NCBI RefSeq assembly: GCF_902713615.1
Contig: NC_052149.1
Location: 126,483,256-126,547,255, forward strand
DNA: 64,000 nt
Direction of reading: 5' to 3'
From: Scyliorhinus canicula
Taxonomy: Eukaryota
The stretch's first letter is position 1; each line of letters opens with the position of its first letter. The notes beneath the pieces are model-generated. The model had not been told where the DNA came from. It searched no databases and worked only from the letters and a program-made list of their open reading frames with translations. This document shows, one piece after another, positions 11,108 to 23,174 of this stretch. The position numbers and the translations under genes are program-made.

Positions 11108-14100
11108 CCACTGTTGTATTGTATATACCGCATACGATGGGTATTACGGTAAAGCTCCTGTACTACAGGTACGGGGGCAGATCCCTGTCTGCTGGCTCCT
11201 ACCAGTAGGCGGAGTATAAATGTGTGTGCACTCCGAGCTGCAGCCATTTCGCCAGCTGCTGTAGGAGGCCACACATCTCTGCGTAATAAAGCCTCGATTA
11301 CTCTCGACTCTCATCGCGTCGTAATTGATAGTGCATGAATTTATTACGCAGAGATTTTACAATGATGGATCTCTGCATTAACCCTGATCGCCTGCAGCTG
11401 CACCCTCAAGCAGACAACGCCAAGTCGGCCTTTGCACATTGGCTAGCTTGCTTTGAGGACTACATCGGATCTGTGACAGAACCACCCTCAGAGGCACAGA
11501 AGCTCCAGATCCTTTACATGCGGCTGAGCTCCGATATCTTTCCCCTCATCCCGGAAGCGTCTACCTACGCTGAGGCCATGGTGCTACTGAAGGAGAACTA
11601 CACTCAGCAGACCAACAAACTCTATGCCAGGCACCTCCTGTCCACGCGGCATCAAGTCCCCAGTGAGTCTGTGGAATATTTCTGGTGTGCCCTGCACGCC
11701 CTGGCGAGGGACTGTGATTGCCAGGCCGTTTCAGCCATTGAACATTCTGACCTGCTAGTCAGAGACACGTTCGTTATGGGCATAGGGTCGGCCTACATCC
11801 GCCAGCGCCTCATAGAAGTGGCTACACTTGACCTCACGGCGACCAAGAAACTAACGATCTCGCTCACAGTCGCATCACGCAATGTACAGGTGTATGCCTC
11901 CGACCGCACGGCCCACCCCTCCTGGGCATCGTGGACCCCGCCAGCAAACACCCCATTGTGGACCCAATCAGCGACCTCCCCCAGCCAACCCCAGGCTTGT
12001 GCCGCGCGGCAGCCAACCAACCCTATGGGAGCCAAGTGCTACTTCTGCGGACAGACAAAACACCCCCGGCAGTGCTGCCCGGTGCGGAGCGCGCTCTGAA
12101 AGGCCCGCGGGAAGAAAGAACATTTCGCTGCTGTATGCCAGGACCGCTCGATCGCCGCTATTGTCCCTGCACCCCCACGTGCGGCCCGTGGGCGCCGCCA
12201 CCTTGCCTGCCTCGGGACACGTGTGGCCCGTGGGCAGCGCCATATTGCTCGCCTCACACGTGCGGAGGGCACCGCCATCTTGCCTGCCCCAGGACACGTG
12301 CGGCCTGTGGGCGCCACCATCTTACCCGCCTCAGGACCCCTGCTCGTCGGCCACCTCATCAGGCCGCTCATCGCCTGCAACCGCTGCCGTTCAGCCGTGT
12401 CTCACCTCCATCACGATCGACCAGTCTCGACCGCACAACCTCGCGACCGCGTCGATAACAGTGAAGGTCAACGGGTACAAGATATCCTGCTTTCTGGACA
12501 CCAGGAGCACTGAAAGGTTCATCCACCCAGATATGGTAAGGTGCTGCTCCCTCACAGTACACCCCATTAACCAGAAAATCTCCCTGGCCTCCGGATCCCA
12601 CTCCGTGGCGATCCGGGGGTACTGCACCACCACCCTCACCATCCAGGGCGTAGAATTCAGCGACTTTGGCTCTACGTCCTCCCCGACCTCTGCACTGCCT
12701 TGCTACTCGGCCTCGACTTCCAGTGCAACCTCCAGAGCCTAACCTGAAATTTGGTGGGCCCCCACCACCCCTTACTGTCTGGGGTCTCACAACCCTTATG
12801 GCTGACCCACCTTCCCTGTTTGCAAATCTCACCCCGGATTGCAAACCCGTCGCCACCAGGAGCAGACGGTACAGCGCCCAGGACCTTCATCAGGTCGGAG
12901 GTCCAGCGTCTGCTACTGGAAGGTATTATCGAGGCCAGCAACAGCCCCTGGAGAGCCCAAGTGGTAGTGGTGAAAACCGGGGAGAAAAACAGGATGGTCG
13001 TTGACTACAGTCAGACCATCAATCGGTACACGCAGCTCGACGCATGCCCCCTCCCACGCATATCTGATATGGTCAATCAGATTGCACAGTACCGGGTCTT
13101 CTCGACAGTGGACTTGAAATCTGCCTGCCACCAGCTCCCCATTCGCAAGGCGGACCGCCTATACACCGCGTTTGAAGCAGACGGCCGCCTTTACCACTTC
13201 CTTCGGGTTCCCTTTGACGTCACTAACGGGGTCTCGGTCTTCCAACGGGAGATGGACTGAATGGTTGACCGGTACGGACTGCAGGCCACCTTCCTGTACC
13301 TGGACAATGTCACCACCTGCGGCCACGACCAGCAAGACCACGACGCTAACCTTTCCAAATTCCTCCACACCGCTAAACTCCTCAACCTAACCTACAACAA
13401 GGAGAAGTGCGTGTTCAGCACGGACTGATTAGCCATCCTCGGCTATGTGGTTCAGAACAAAGTGCTGGGGCCCGACCCCGACCGCATGCGCCCCCTCATG
13501 GAAGTCCCCCTCCCCCACTGCCCCAAGGCCCTGAAACAATACCTGGGGTTCTTCTCATACCACACCCAGTGGGCCCCTAACTATGCGGACAAGGCCCGCC
13601 CATTCATCCACTCCACCGTTTTCCCACTGACGGCCGAGGCTCACCAGGCCTTCAACCATATCAAGGCCGACATCGCCAAGACTGCGATGCACGCGGTCAA
13701 CGAGAAACTCCCCTTCCAAGTCGAGAGCGATGCATCAGACGTCACTCTGGCCGCCACCCTCAACCAGTCAGGCAGACCAGTGGCAACCTTTTCCCGCACC
13801 CACCATGCCTCCATAATTCGGCATTCCTCCGTCGAAAAGGAGGCCCAGGCTATCGTTGAAGCTGTACGGCATTGAAGGCACTACCTGGCCGGCAGGAGAT
13901 TTACTCTCCCCACTGACCAATGGTCGGTAGCCTTCATGTTCAACACCACACAGTGGGGTAAGATCAAAAATGATAAAATCTTGAGGTGGAGGATTGAGCT
14001 CTCCACCTACAATTACGAGATTTTGTATCGCCCCAGTAAGCTCAAGAGCCCTCTGATGCCCTATCCCGAGGTACATGTGCCAGCGCACAAGTGGACCAAC

Positions 14101-15170
14101 TCCGGGTCCTGCACGACGATGTCTGTCACCCGCTTTTATCACATCATAAAGGCCAGCAATCAGCCCTACTCCAGCGAGGAAGTCAGGGCGATCACCAGAG
14201 ACTGCCAAGTCTGCGCAGATTGCAAGCTGCACTTCTACCGGCCAGACCGTGCGCACCTGGTGATGGCCTCCCGCCCCTTTGAATGCCTCAGCGTGGACTT
14301 CAAAGGGCCCCTCCCCTCCATCGACCGAAACACGTACTTTCTTAATGTGGTCGACGAATATTGCAGATTCCCCTTCGCCGTCCCATGCCCCGATATGACG
14401 TCTGCCACCGTCATCAAAGCCCTCAACACAATCTTCGCTCTGTTCGGTTTCCAACATGGCTGGCAGCTCCAGGAACCGTTCTCCTCCGTAAGCACGTGCA
14501 GCATCACAAGGCGGACCCGTTGGTTGAGAGGGTACAGCTACTTCATGCAAACCCGCAGTACGCCTACGTGGCATACCCCGACGGCCACCAAGACACAGTC
14601 TCTCTCAGGGACCTGGCACCAGCTGGGTCCCCGCACACCCCACCCCCCCTGCCCCGGCACCACCCTCCCTCCTCCACATCAGAGCCCCCGCTCCAGAAAG
14701 ATCCGTCGTCCCCTTGGTCCTACCCGGAGATGAAGATGAGGTCGACACACTCCCGGAGTCACCAACGACCGAACCGACGCCGGAATCGCCACCAGAACTG
14801 CGGCGCTCGCAACGACGGATCAAGGCGACCGATCGTCTGAATTTGTAAACTTTTCCTTAAAATGGTTAACACCTAAATGTAAATAGTTTTCCACCACCCC
14901 CACTGGACTCTTTTTTAACAGGGGGTGAATGTGGTTGTCACCACTGCTGCATTGTATATACTGCATACGAGGGGTATTACGGTAAGGCTCTTGTACTACA
15001 GTTACGGGGTAGATCACTGCCTGCTGGCTCCACCCAGTAGGCGGAGTATAAATGTGTGGGCTCTCCGAGCTGCAGCCATTTCGGCAGCAGCTGCGGGAGG
15101 CTACACATCTCTGTGTAATAAAGCCTCAATTACTCTCTACTCTCGTCTCGTCGTAATTGAAAGTGCATCA
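11108..15170 (+). mobile_element. Ty3/Gypsy LTR retrotransposon C (Mag-like), decayed
   Basis: 5' LTR 11108-11338 (first ~11 nt lost); 3' LTR 14930-15170 with PPT aacagggggtgaa; gag (CYFCGQTKHPRQCC), PR (FLDTRS), RT (YLDN at 13297-13308), RH (ESDAS), IN with an internal deletion near 14452. Confidence 0.93.
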
Positions 15171-15237
15171 GGGCCCAGGCGTACGCAACTCTATCTTTGC
15201 GGAGGAAGTGCTTTATTTGCAGGTGTTTCATTTCCTT

Positions 15238-16359
15238 TCCTGTTGGCAGTTCCCATTCCTCCGTCCGTTTGTCCAGTGCTGCCACTCTGTGCCCTATGTA
15301 AAAGCCCCTAACTGTCAGCGTGTCCCTGTCCTGTTGGCAGTTCCCATTACTCCGTCAGTTTGTCCAGTGCTGCCACTCTGTGCCCTGTGTAAAAGCCCCT
15401 AACTGTCAGCGTGTCCCTGTCCTGTTGGCAGTTCCCATTCCTCCGTCAGTTTGTCCAGTGCTGCCACTCTGTGCCCTGTGTAAAAGCCCCTAACTGTCAG
15501 CGTGTCCCTGTCCTGTTGGCAGTTCCCATTCCTCCGTCAGTTTGTCCAGTGCTGCCACTCTGTGCCCTGTGTAAAAGCCCCTAACTGTCAGCGTGTCCCT
15601 GTCCTGTTGGCAGTTCCCATTACTCCGTCAGTTTGTCCAGTGCTGCCACTCTGTGCCCTGTGTAAAAGCCCCTAACTGTCAGCGTGTCCCTGTCCTGTTG
15701 GCAGTTCCCATTCCTCCGTCAGTTTGTCCAGTGCTGCCACTCTGTGCCCTGTGTAAAAGCCCCTAACTGTCAGCGTGTCCCTGTCCTGTTGGCAGTTCCC
15801 ATTCCTCCGTCAGGTTGTCCAGTGCTGCCACTCTGTGCCCTGTGTAAAATCCCCTAACTGTCAGCGTGTCCCTGTCCTGTTGGCAGTTCCCATTCCTCCG
15901 TCAGTTTGTCCAGTGCTGCCACTCTGTGCCCTGTGTAAAAGCCCCTAACTGTCAGCGTGTCCCCGTCCTGTTGGCAGTTCCCATTCCTCCGTCAGTTTGT
16001 CCAGTGCTGCCACTCTGTGCCCTGTGTAAAAGCCCCTAACTGTCAGCGTGTCCCTGTCCTGTTGGCAGTTCCCATTCCTCCGTCAGTTTGTCCAGTGCTG
16101 CCACTCTGTGCCCTGTGTAAAAGCCCCTAACTGTCAGCGTGTCCCCGTCCTGTTGGCAGTTCCCATTCCTCCGTCAGTTTGTCCAGTGCTGCCACTCTGT
16201 GCCCTGTGTAAAAGCCTCTAACTGTCAGCGTGACCCTGTCCTGTTGGCAGTTCCCATTCCTCCGTCAGTTTGTCCAGTGCTGCTACTCTGTGCCCTGTGT
16301 AAAAGCCCCTAACTGTCAGCGTGTCCCTTTCCTGTTGGCAGTTCCCATTCCTCCGTCAG
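15238..16359. repeat. Tandem array, 91-bp unit, ~12.3 copies, derived from LINE ORF2
   Basis: Unit starts recur at 15318, 15409, 15500 and so on; the minus strand reads RQDRDTLTVRGFYTGHRVAALDKLTEEWELPTG, colinear with the flanking LINE ORF2. Confidence 0.95.
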
Positions 16360-17019
16360 ATCCTAGTCAGCCTGAAGTGCTGCTGTAATTGGGTCCACGG
16401 TTTCAGTGTGGCCGCTACCCCTGGGCTTGATGTATATTTTGCCGAAGGGGATGGGAGTGCTGCTGTAGCCAATACCTGGAGGGTCCCCTTGCAGGAGGCC
16501 TCCTCCATCCGCACCCACTCTGAGTTGGATTTGTTTACCCATCCTCTCAGTCTATCCGCCATTGCTGCCCAGTGGTAGTATTGCCGGTTCGGTAATGCCA
16601 GGCCATCTTTGATTTTCCTCCTTTTCACCGTTGGTTTGGGAACTCTCGGATTCTTACACCCCCCCCCCCACCCCCGCCCNNNNNNNNNNNNNNNNNNNNN
16701 NNNNNNNNNNNNNNNNNNNNNNNNNNNNNNNNNNNNNNNNNNNNNNNNNNNNNNNNNNNNNNNNNNNNNNNNNNNNNNNNNNNNNNNNNNNNNNNNNNNN
16801 NNNNNNNNNNNNNNNNNNNNNNNNNNNNNNNNNNNNNNNNNNNNNNCCGTTTTGGAAGAAGGCCTTGGGGATAAAGATTGGGATCGATCTAACCAGGAAG
16901 AGGAAACTCGGCAGCACGTTCATTTTGATCGTCTGCACTCTCCCCGCCAGGAAGAATAAAAGGATAATAGGGAACCCAACACAGATCCCAATGTTACGCC
17001 ACTGGACACTGGCTTCCAT

Positions 17020-17202
17020 AAAATGAAATGAAAATCACTTATTGTCACAAGTAGGCTTCAGGTGAAGTTACTGTGAAAAGCCCCTAGTCGCCACATTCCG
17101 GCGCCTGTTCGGGGAGGCTGGTACGGGAATTGAACCGTGCTGCTGGCCTGCCTTGGTCTGCTTTAAAAGCCAGCGATTTAGCCCAATGTGCTAAACAGCC
17201 CC
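17020..17202 (-). mobile_element. Second tRNA-derived SINE family
   Basis: Reverse complement matches the element at 34785-34950 (ggggctgtttagcac...ggttcaattccc...gtgacaataag, (cattt)n tail). Confidence 0.8.
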
Positions 17203-17209
17203 TGCCAGT

Positions 17210-17760
17210 CATGAAAGCAGCCGTCTGTCATCACTCTCTGTCTCCTACAACGAAGCCAATTTTGGATCCATCTTATCAAATTAACCTGTACCCCACATGC
17301 ATTTGCCTTCTTTATTAGTCTCCTACATGGAACTTTGTCAAAGGCTTTGCTGAAATCCATGTAAACGACATCAACTGCCCTACCGTCATCTACACATCTG
17401 GTCACCTCCTCAAAATATTCAATCATATTTGTCAGACATAACCTCCCTCTGACAAAGCCATGCTGACTATTCCTGATCAAACCTTGCCTCTCCAAGAGGA
17501 GGTAGATTCTCTCGGTCAGCATTTTCTCCAATAGTTTCCCGACCACTGACGTGAGACTCACTAGTTTGCTGGCTTATCTCTACAACTTTTCTTCAAGAGT
17601 GGAATCACATTAAATGTTCTCCAGACATCTGGCACCACCCCCATGGCCAGGGAGGAATTAAAAATTGAGGTCAGAACCCCTGCAATCTCTTCCCTTGCCT
17701 CCCACACCACACTGGGCACAATTCATCAAGACCTGGAGATTTATTCACTTTTTAGCCGCC
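17210..17760 (-). mobile_element. CR1 LINE RT fragment
   Basis: SLTSVVGKLLE...QHGFVRGRLCLTN...DVVYMDFSKAFDKVP. Confidence 0.85.
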
Positions 17761-17869
17761 AGCACCTCCAATTGTAACTCCCCATGTCAATTTGGTCAAG
17801 AACTCCATAGTCTCTCTTCCAGAGTTCTATACCTACATCCTCATTCTCTTGGGTAAAGACAGATAGTAA

Positions 17870-18240
17870 GGGTGGGGTGCTCCGCTTGCTGACAGCGAAA
17901 TCGCGAAACACAATTGGGCGGAGAATAGCCTCTGATGCCAAAATCAGGGGGGTAGCCGTCGATTTGACGCCAAATCTGGATGCTCCGGCACCTCGAAAAT
18001 GGGGAAAATGCGTTGCTTACCTCATGGGGTTAAAGTACAGTAGGCATATCATTAGCGGGCCTGACACCCTATTCTCCAGGCCTCCGAGATTCACTGCCTC
18101 TGATTGGCTGAGTTCCTGACTGCGTGGTTCACTTGTGCTCTCAAAATGGTGAACCTGGCGTTGTGGCTGCTGAGGGAGAGAGAGGATGTAGGAGATGGCG
18201 TGGAGTGACTGTGGGCTGCCGGCCAGGACACCGCTCAGAG
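17870..18240. mobile_element. Non-autonomous DNA-transposon-like GC-rich fragment
   Basis: Shares aaaatggtgaacctggcg and CpG-rich composition with 51915-52960; family uncertain. Confidence 0.35.
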
Positions 18241-18244
18241 AGGA

Positions 18245-18576
18245 GGCAGGACGGAGCACACGTGGCTAGCACTGTGGCTTCACAGCACCAGGGTCCCAGG
18301 TTCGGTTCCCGGCTGGGTCACTGTCTGTGTGAAGTCTGCACATTCTCCCCGTGTCTGCGTGGGTTTCCACCGGGCGCTCCGGTTTCCTCCCACAGTCCAA
18401 AGACGGGCAGGTTAGGTGGATTGGCCACGCTAACTTGGCCCTTAGTGTCCAAAAAAGGTTAGGAGGGGTTACTGGGTTACGGGAATAGGGTGGAAGTGAG
18501 GACTTAAGTGGGTCGGTGCAGACGCGATGGGCTCAATGGCCTCCTTCTGCACTGTATGTTCTATGTATGTATCTAT
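18245..18576 (+). mobile_element. tRNA-derived SINE with CR1-type tail
   Basis: ggttcggttcccgg B-box-like motif, conserved body, gggctcaatggcctccttctgcactg tail. Confidence 0.85.
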
Positions 18577-18605
18577 GAGGGGGAAGTAGCAGCAGCAGAG
18601 AGGCC

Positions 18606-19364
18606 AGCAGAGGACTGGGCGACAGAGGATCGAGCTGCAGAGGACCGGGCTGCAGAGGACCGAGCTGCAGAGGACCGGGCTGCAGAGGACCGGGCTGCAG
18701 AGGATCGAGCTGCAGAGGACGGGCTGCAGAGGACCGGGCTGCAGAGGACCGGGTTGCAGAGGATCGAGCTGCAGAGGAACGAGCTGCAGAGGACCGGGAT
18801 GCTGAGGACCGGGCTGCAGAGGATTGGGCTGCAGAGGACCGGGCTGCAAAGGACCGGGCTGCAGAGGAACGGGCTGCAGAGGACCGGGCTGCAGAGGACC
18901 GGGCTGCAGAGGACCGGGCAGCAGAGAACCAGGTTGCAGAGGACTGGGCTGCAGAGGACCGGGCTGCAGAGGACCGAGCTGCAGAGGACCGAGCTGCAGA
19001 GGATCGAGCTGCAGAGGACCGGGCTGCAGAGGTTTGGGCTGCAGAGGGCCGGGCTGCAGAGGACCGGGCTGCAGAGGACCGGGCTGAAGAGGATTGGGCT
19101 GTAGAGGACCGGGCTGCAGAGGACCTGGCTGCAGGAGACTGGGCTGCAGAGGACCGGGCTGCAGAGGTTTGGGCTGCAGAGGACCGGGCTGCAGAGGTTC
19201 GGGCTGCAGAGGACCGGGCTGCAGAGGACCGGGCTGCAGAGGACCGGGCTGCAGCGGTTTGGGCTGCAGAGGACCGGGCTGCAGAGGACCGGGCTGCAGA
19301 GGACCAGGCTGCAGAGGACCGGGCTGCAGAGGACCGGGCTGCAGAGGACCGGGCTGCAGAGGAC
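18606..19364. repeat. Minisatellite, 15-bp unit GGGCTGCAGAGGACC, ~50 copies
   Basis: Directly visible; variants GAGCTGCAGAGGATC; explains the PGPLQ and SSAAR pseudo-ORFs. Confidence 0.97.
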
Positions 19365-19879
19365 TGTGATGTGTTGGGTGCTCTGGATCCGTGGAACACA
19401 CGCAGACCACCAACAATGGCCTTTACTCTACAGTTAGCATGCCCACGCCGGGGTGTGGCATAGTTCACATTCACATCATTGTCGAAGCCCCGGAGCATGG
19501 CATTCCGTGGGTGCCTGGCGACAGCCTCGGTTTTCAGCACACACCCAATTCCACACCCAATCGCTTTTTGCTATTCTGGTGTCGCTGGACAGAGAATCCC
19601 ACCCCACTTCTTTCCACATTTGTAACATTGACCAACTCCGTCCCTGCCTCCACTTTCCTGCCCCTCAAATCTTCATTGATGATTTGATTCCCTCCAGATC
19701 TGAACATTTCAATGTGCTCCTGCCCAGCCTCACGTTCTCCAGAAACGTCAGCTCAGCAAATATTCCACTGTCCAGATCCAAACTTGTACCAATTGTATCA
19801 CAGCTTTCACCCCCTCACTCATTTATACTGCCTCGGAATTAAACCCCTCCATACCCTTCACTCACTATCTCTGCAATCC

Positions 19880-20200
19880 TCTCCAGCCCCGACAGCCCTC
19901 CCTATCTCTGTAATCTCCTCCTGCCCCTACAACCCTCCCTATCTCTGTAACCTCCTCGAGCCACTGCACCCCTCCCTATCCCTGTAACCTCATCAACCCA
20001 TCAACATTCTCCATCTCTGTAACCAAGCACAGCCCCTCCAACCCTCCCTACCTCTGTAACTGCAACAAGCCCCTCCAACCCTCCCGATCTCTATAACCTC
20101 CTCCAGCCCCTCCAATCCTCCCTATCTCTGTAACCTCCTCCAATCCCTACAACATTCCCTATATTTGAAACCTCCTCCAGCCCCTTCAACCATCCCTATC
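19880..20200. repeat. Degenerate tandem repeat of an L2-type 3' motif (ccctccctatctctgtaacctcctccagccc)
   Basis: Several diverged ~30-35 bp copies; the same motif occurs at 54650-54685. Confidence 0.55.
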
Positions 20201-20203
20201 TCC

Positions 20204-20447
20204 ATTTATTTATTTATTTATTTTATTTTTTAAAATTTAGATTAGCCCATTATTTTTTCTAATTAAGGGGAAATTTAGCGTGGCCAATCCACCTACTCTG
20301 CACATTTTTGGGTTGTGGGGGCGAAACCCACGCAGACACAGGGAGAATGTGCAAACTGCACACGGACAGTGACCCAGAGCCGGGATCGAACCTGGGACCT
20401 CAGCGCCGTGAGGCGGTTGTGCTAACCACTAGGCCACCGTGCTGCCC
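20204..20447 (-). mobile_element. tRNA-derived SINE
   Basis: Reverse complement begins gggcagcacggtggcctagtggttagcac; (attt)n tail. Confidence 0.88.
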
Positions 20448-20719
20448 TTCTATCTCCATTTATCTGTGGTGGTTTGACAGACGGAGTGCCCAGCGAGGCC
20501 ATTTCAGGGGCTTTCAGAGTGAACCACATTACTGTGGGTCTGGAGTCACATGTAGGCCAGACCAGGAAAGGAGGCAGATTGCCTTCCAGAAAGGGCATTT
20601 GTGAACCAGATGGGGTTTTATGACAATCGGTAAAGGTATCATCAACATAAGACTTATAATTCCAGGCATTTATTGAATTTGCCATGGTAGGATCAAAGTG
20701 GGTTTCAGGTATTACCCTG

Positions 20720-21350
20720 CAAAGAACAATACAGCACAGGAACAGGCCCTTCGGCCCTCCAGGCCTATACCGGTCATGATACCACCCTTGGCCAAAACCC
20801 TCTGCACTTCCTTGTGCCGTGTCCCTCTATACCCATCCTATCCATGTATTTGTCAAGATGCCTTTTGAATGCCGGTATTGCTTCCACAACCTCCCCTGGC
20901 AACGCGTTCCAGGCACTCACCACACTCTGCATAAAAAACCTGCCTCACACATCTCCTCCAAACTTTGCCCCACAGACCTTAAACCTATGCCCCCTGGTGA
21001 CTGACCCCTCCACCCTGGGAACGAGTGCCTGCCCATCCACTCTATCCATGTCCCTCATAATCTTGTAGACCTCTATCAGGTCACCCCTCAACCTCCGTCG
21101 TTCTAGTGAAAGCAGTCCGAGTCTATTCAGCCTCTCCGCATAGCTAACACCCTCCAGACCAGGAAACGCCCTGGTAAACCTCCTCTGCACCCTCTCCAAA
21201 GCCTCCACATCCTTCTGGTAGTGTGGAGACCTGAATTGTGCGCAATATTCCAAGTGCAGTCTTACCGAGGTTTTATACAACTGGAGTATGACTTGCCAGT
21301 TTTTATACTCAATGCCTCATCCAATGAATTCCTTCTGTTTTCTTGACGAC
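20720..21350 (-). mobile_element. CR1 LINE 3' end
   Basis: ORF 20945..21280 YKTSVRLHLEYCAQF...LERRRLRGDLIEVYKIM plus CR1 tail. Confidence 0.88.
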
Positions 21351-21369
21351 TTTGTCCACTTGTGCTTCA

Positions 21370-22110
21370 AAGTTGGCCAGGGAAGGAATTGGGCCATTTA
21401 AGGACAGTGGGGGGATCTATGTGTTGAGCCAGAGGAAATGAGCGAGGTACTAAATGAATACTTTGGATCAGTGTTCTCCAAAGAAAGGGACTTTGTAGAA
21501 GATGATTCTTGGGTAGGGTATGTGGACAGTCTAGATCATGTTAACATCAAAAAGGAGGAGGTATTGGGTCTTTTAAAAGATATTAAGGTAGATAAGTCTC
21601 CTGGGCCGGATGGGATTTACCCCAGAATATTGAGGGAAGCAAGGGAGGAAATTGTTGGGTCCTTGACTGACATCTTTGTATCCTCATTGGCTATAAGTGA
21701 GATCCCAGAGGACTGGAGAATACCTCAAGTGGTACCGCTGTTTAAGAAAGGTAGCAGGGATAATCCTGGAAACTGTAGGCCCGTGAGCCTACAAAGTAGT
21801 CGGTAAATTATTGGAGAGAATTTTCAGGGACAGGATTTACACCCATTTGGAAACAAATGGACTCATTAGCAATAGTCAGCATGGTTTTGTGAAGGGTTGA
21901 TCGAGTTTTTTGAGGAGGTGACAAAGATGATATTGTTTACATGGGCTTCAGTGAAGCTTTTGACAAAGTGCCTCATGGCAGACTGGTACAAAAGGTGAAG
22001 TCACACGGGATCAGAGGTGAGGTGCTAAAATGGATACAGAACTGGCTCAGAAGGTAAAGGGTAGCACCTCTGAAAGTGGCAACACAAGTGGACAAGGTAG
22101 TCAAGAAATC
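21370..22110 (+). mobile_element. CR1 LINE ORF2 fragment
   Basis: EVLNEYFGSVF...KSPGPDGIYPRILRE...VPLFKKGSRDNPGNCRPVSL. Confidence 0.85.
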
Positions 22111-22114
22111 ATAA

Positions 22115-23170
22115 GGAATGCTTTTTGCATATGAATAAAAAGCTTTGGGATTCACCTTAATCTTACTTGCCAAGGACTTTTCCTGACCTCTCCCAGCCCT
22201 CCTAATTTCCCACTTAAGTGCCTTCCTACTTTCTTTATACTCCTCAAGGGTTTTGACTGCCCCCAGCCCTCTAGACCGTACAAAAGCCTTTTTCTTTTTG
22301 ACGAGGTTCACAATATCCTCGTTATCCAAGGCTCCCTAAATTTCCCATACTTACCCTTCGTTCTCTCAGGAACGTGACTTTCCTGAATCTTAATTAACTG
22401 TCGCTTGAAAGACTCCCACAACTCCGATGTTGATTTGCCCTCCAACAACCGCACTCAATCCAAATTCTTCAATTTCTGTCTAATGTTATCGTAATTTGCC
22501 TTTCCCCAGTTTAGCACTTTAACCTCATACCTAACCAAAAGTACCCTAAAACTTAAGGAATTGTGGTCACTACTCCCAATATGTTCCCCTTCTGAAACAA
22601 AATGTTCCCCTATTGAAACCTCAACCACCTGTCCAGACTCATTCCCCAATACCAGGTCCAGTACTGCCCCTTCCCTCGTTGGACTATCTGCATATTGCAT
22701 CAAGAAGCCTTCCTGGATGCACCTTACAGACTCTGCCCCACCCAAGGCCCTCGCACTGAGTAAGTCCCAATCAATATACGGGAAATTAATATCTCCAACC
22801 ACAACAACCCTGTTACTTTGCACCTATCCAATATCTCTCTACCTATCTGCTCCTCTATCTCTTGCTGGCAGTTGGGTTGCCTGTAATAAACGTCCAACAT
22901 TGTGATTACCCCCTTCCTGTTCCTGAGCTCTCCCCAGATTGCCTCATTGTATGAGCCCTCCAATGTGTCCTCCCGCAGTATGGCTGTAATATTCTCCTTA
23001 ACCAGTAATGCTACTCCCCTACCCTTCTTACATCCCCCTCTATCCCTCCTGAAGCATCTATATCCTCCAATGTTCAGCTGCCAACCCCTTTAACCACGTT
23101 TCTGTGCTAGCCAAAACATCATCATTCCAAGTACTAATAAGTGCTCTAAATTCATCTGGCTTACCTGCTA
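22115..23170 (-). mobile_element. CR1 LINE endonuclease-region fragment
   Basis: NARSI..., VYYRQPN, VVVGDINFPYIDW, REGAVLDLVLGNE, SDHNSLSF. Confidence 0.82.
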
Positions 23171-23174
23171 TACT

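Larger units (their letters stand above)
10104..17019 (-). mobile_element. L1/Tx1-type LINE 3' half, interrupted by Gypsy C, a 91-bp array and a gap
   Basis: ORF2 pieces in order: LAGRVQTIKMNVLP (16850-17019), GGLALPN.YYHWAA (16360-16630), EMKHLQIKHFLRK (15171-15240), QLKVVHRAH..KCERC (10569-11107); AATAAA and A-rich tail near 10104-10135. Confidence 0.85.

Noticed and set aside
15238-16359. CRISPR-like repeat arrays (also the 36-bp and 48-bp arrays)
   Set aside because: Head-to-tail tandem units with no unique spacers, no cas genes, and a eukaryotic context.
18469-19540. PGPLQ/SSAAR repeat proteins (collagen- or mucin-like)
   Set aside because: Artefacts of the 15-bp minisatellite.
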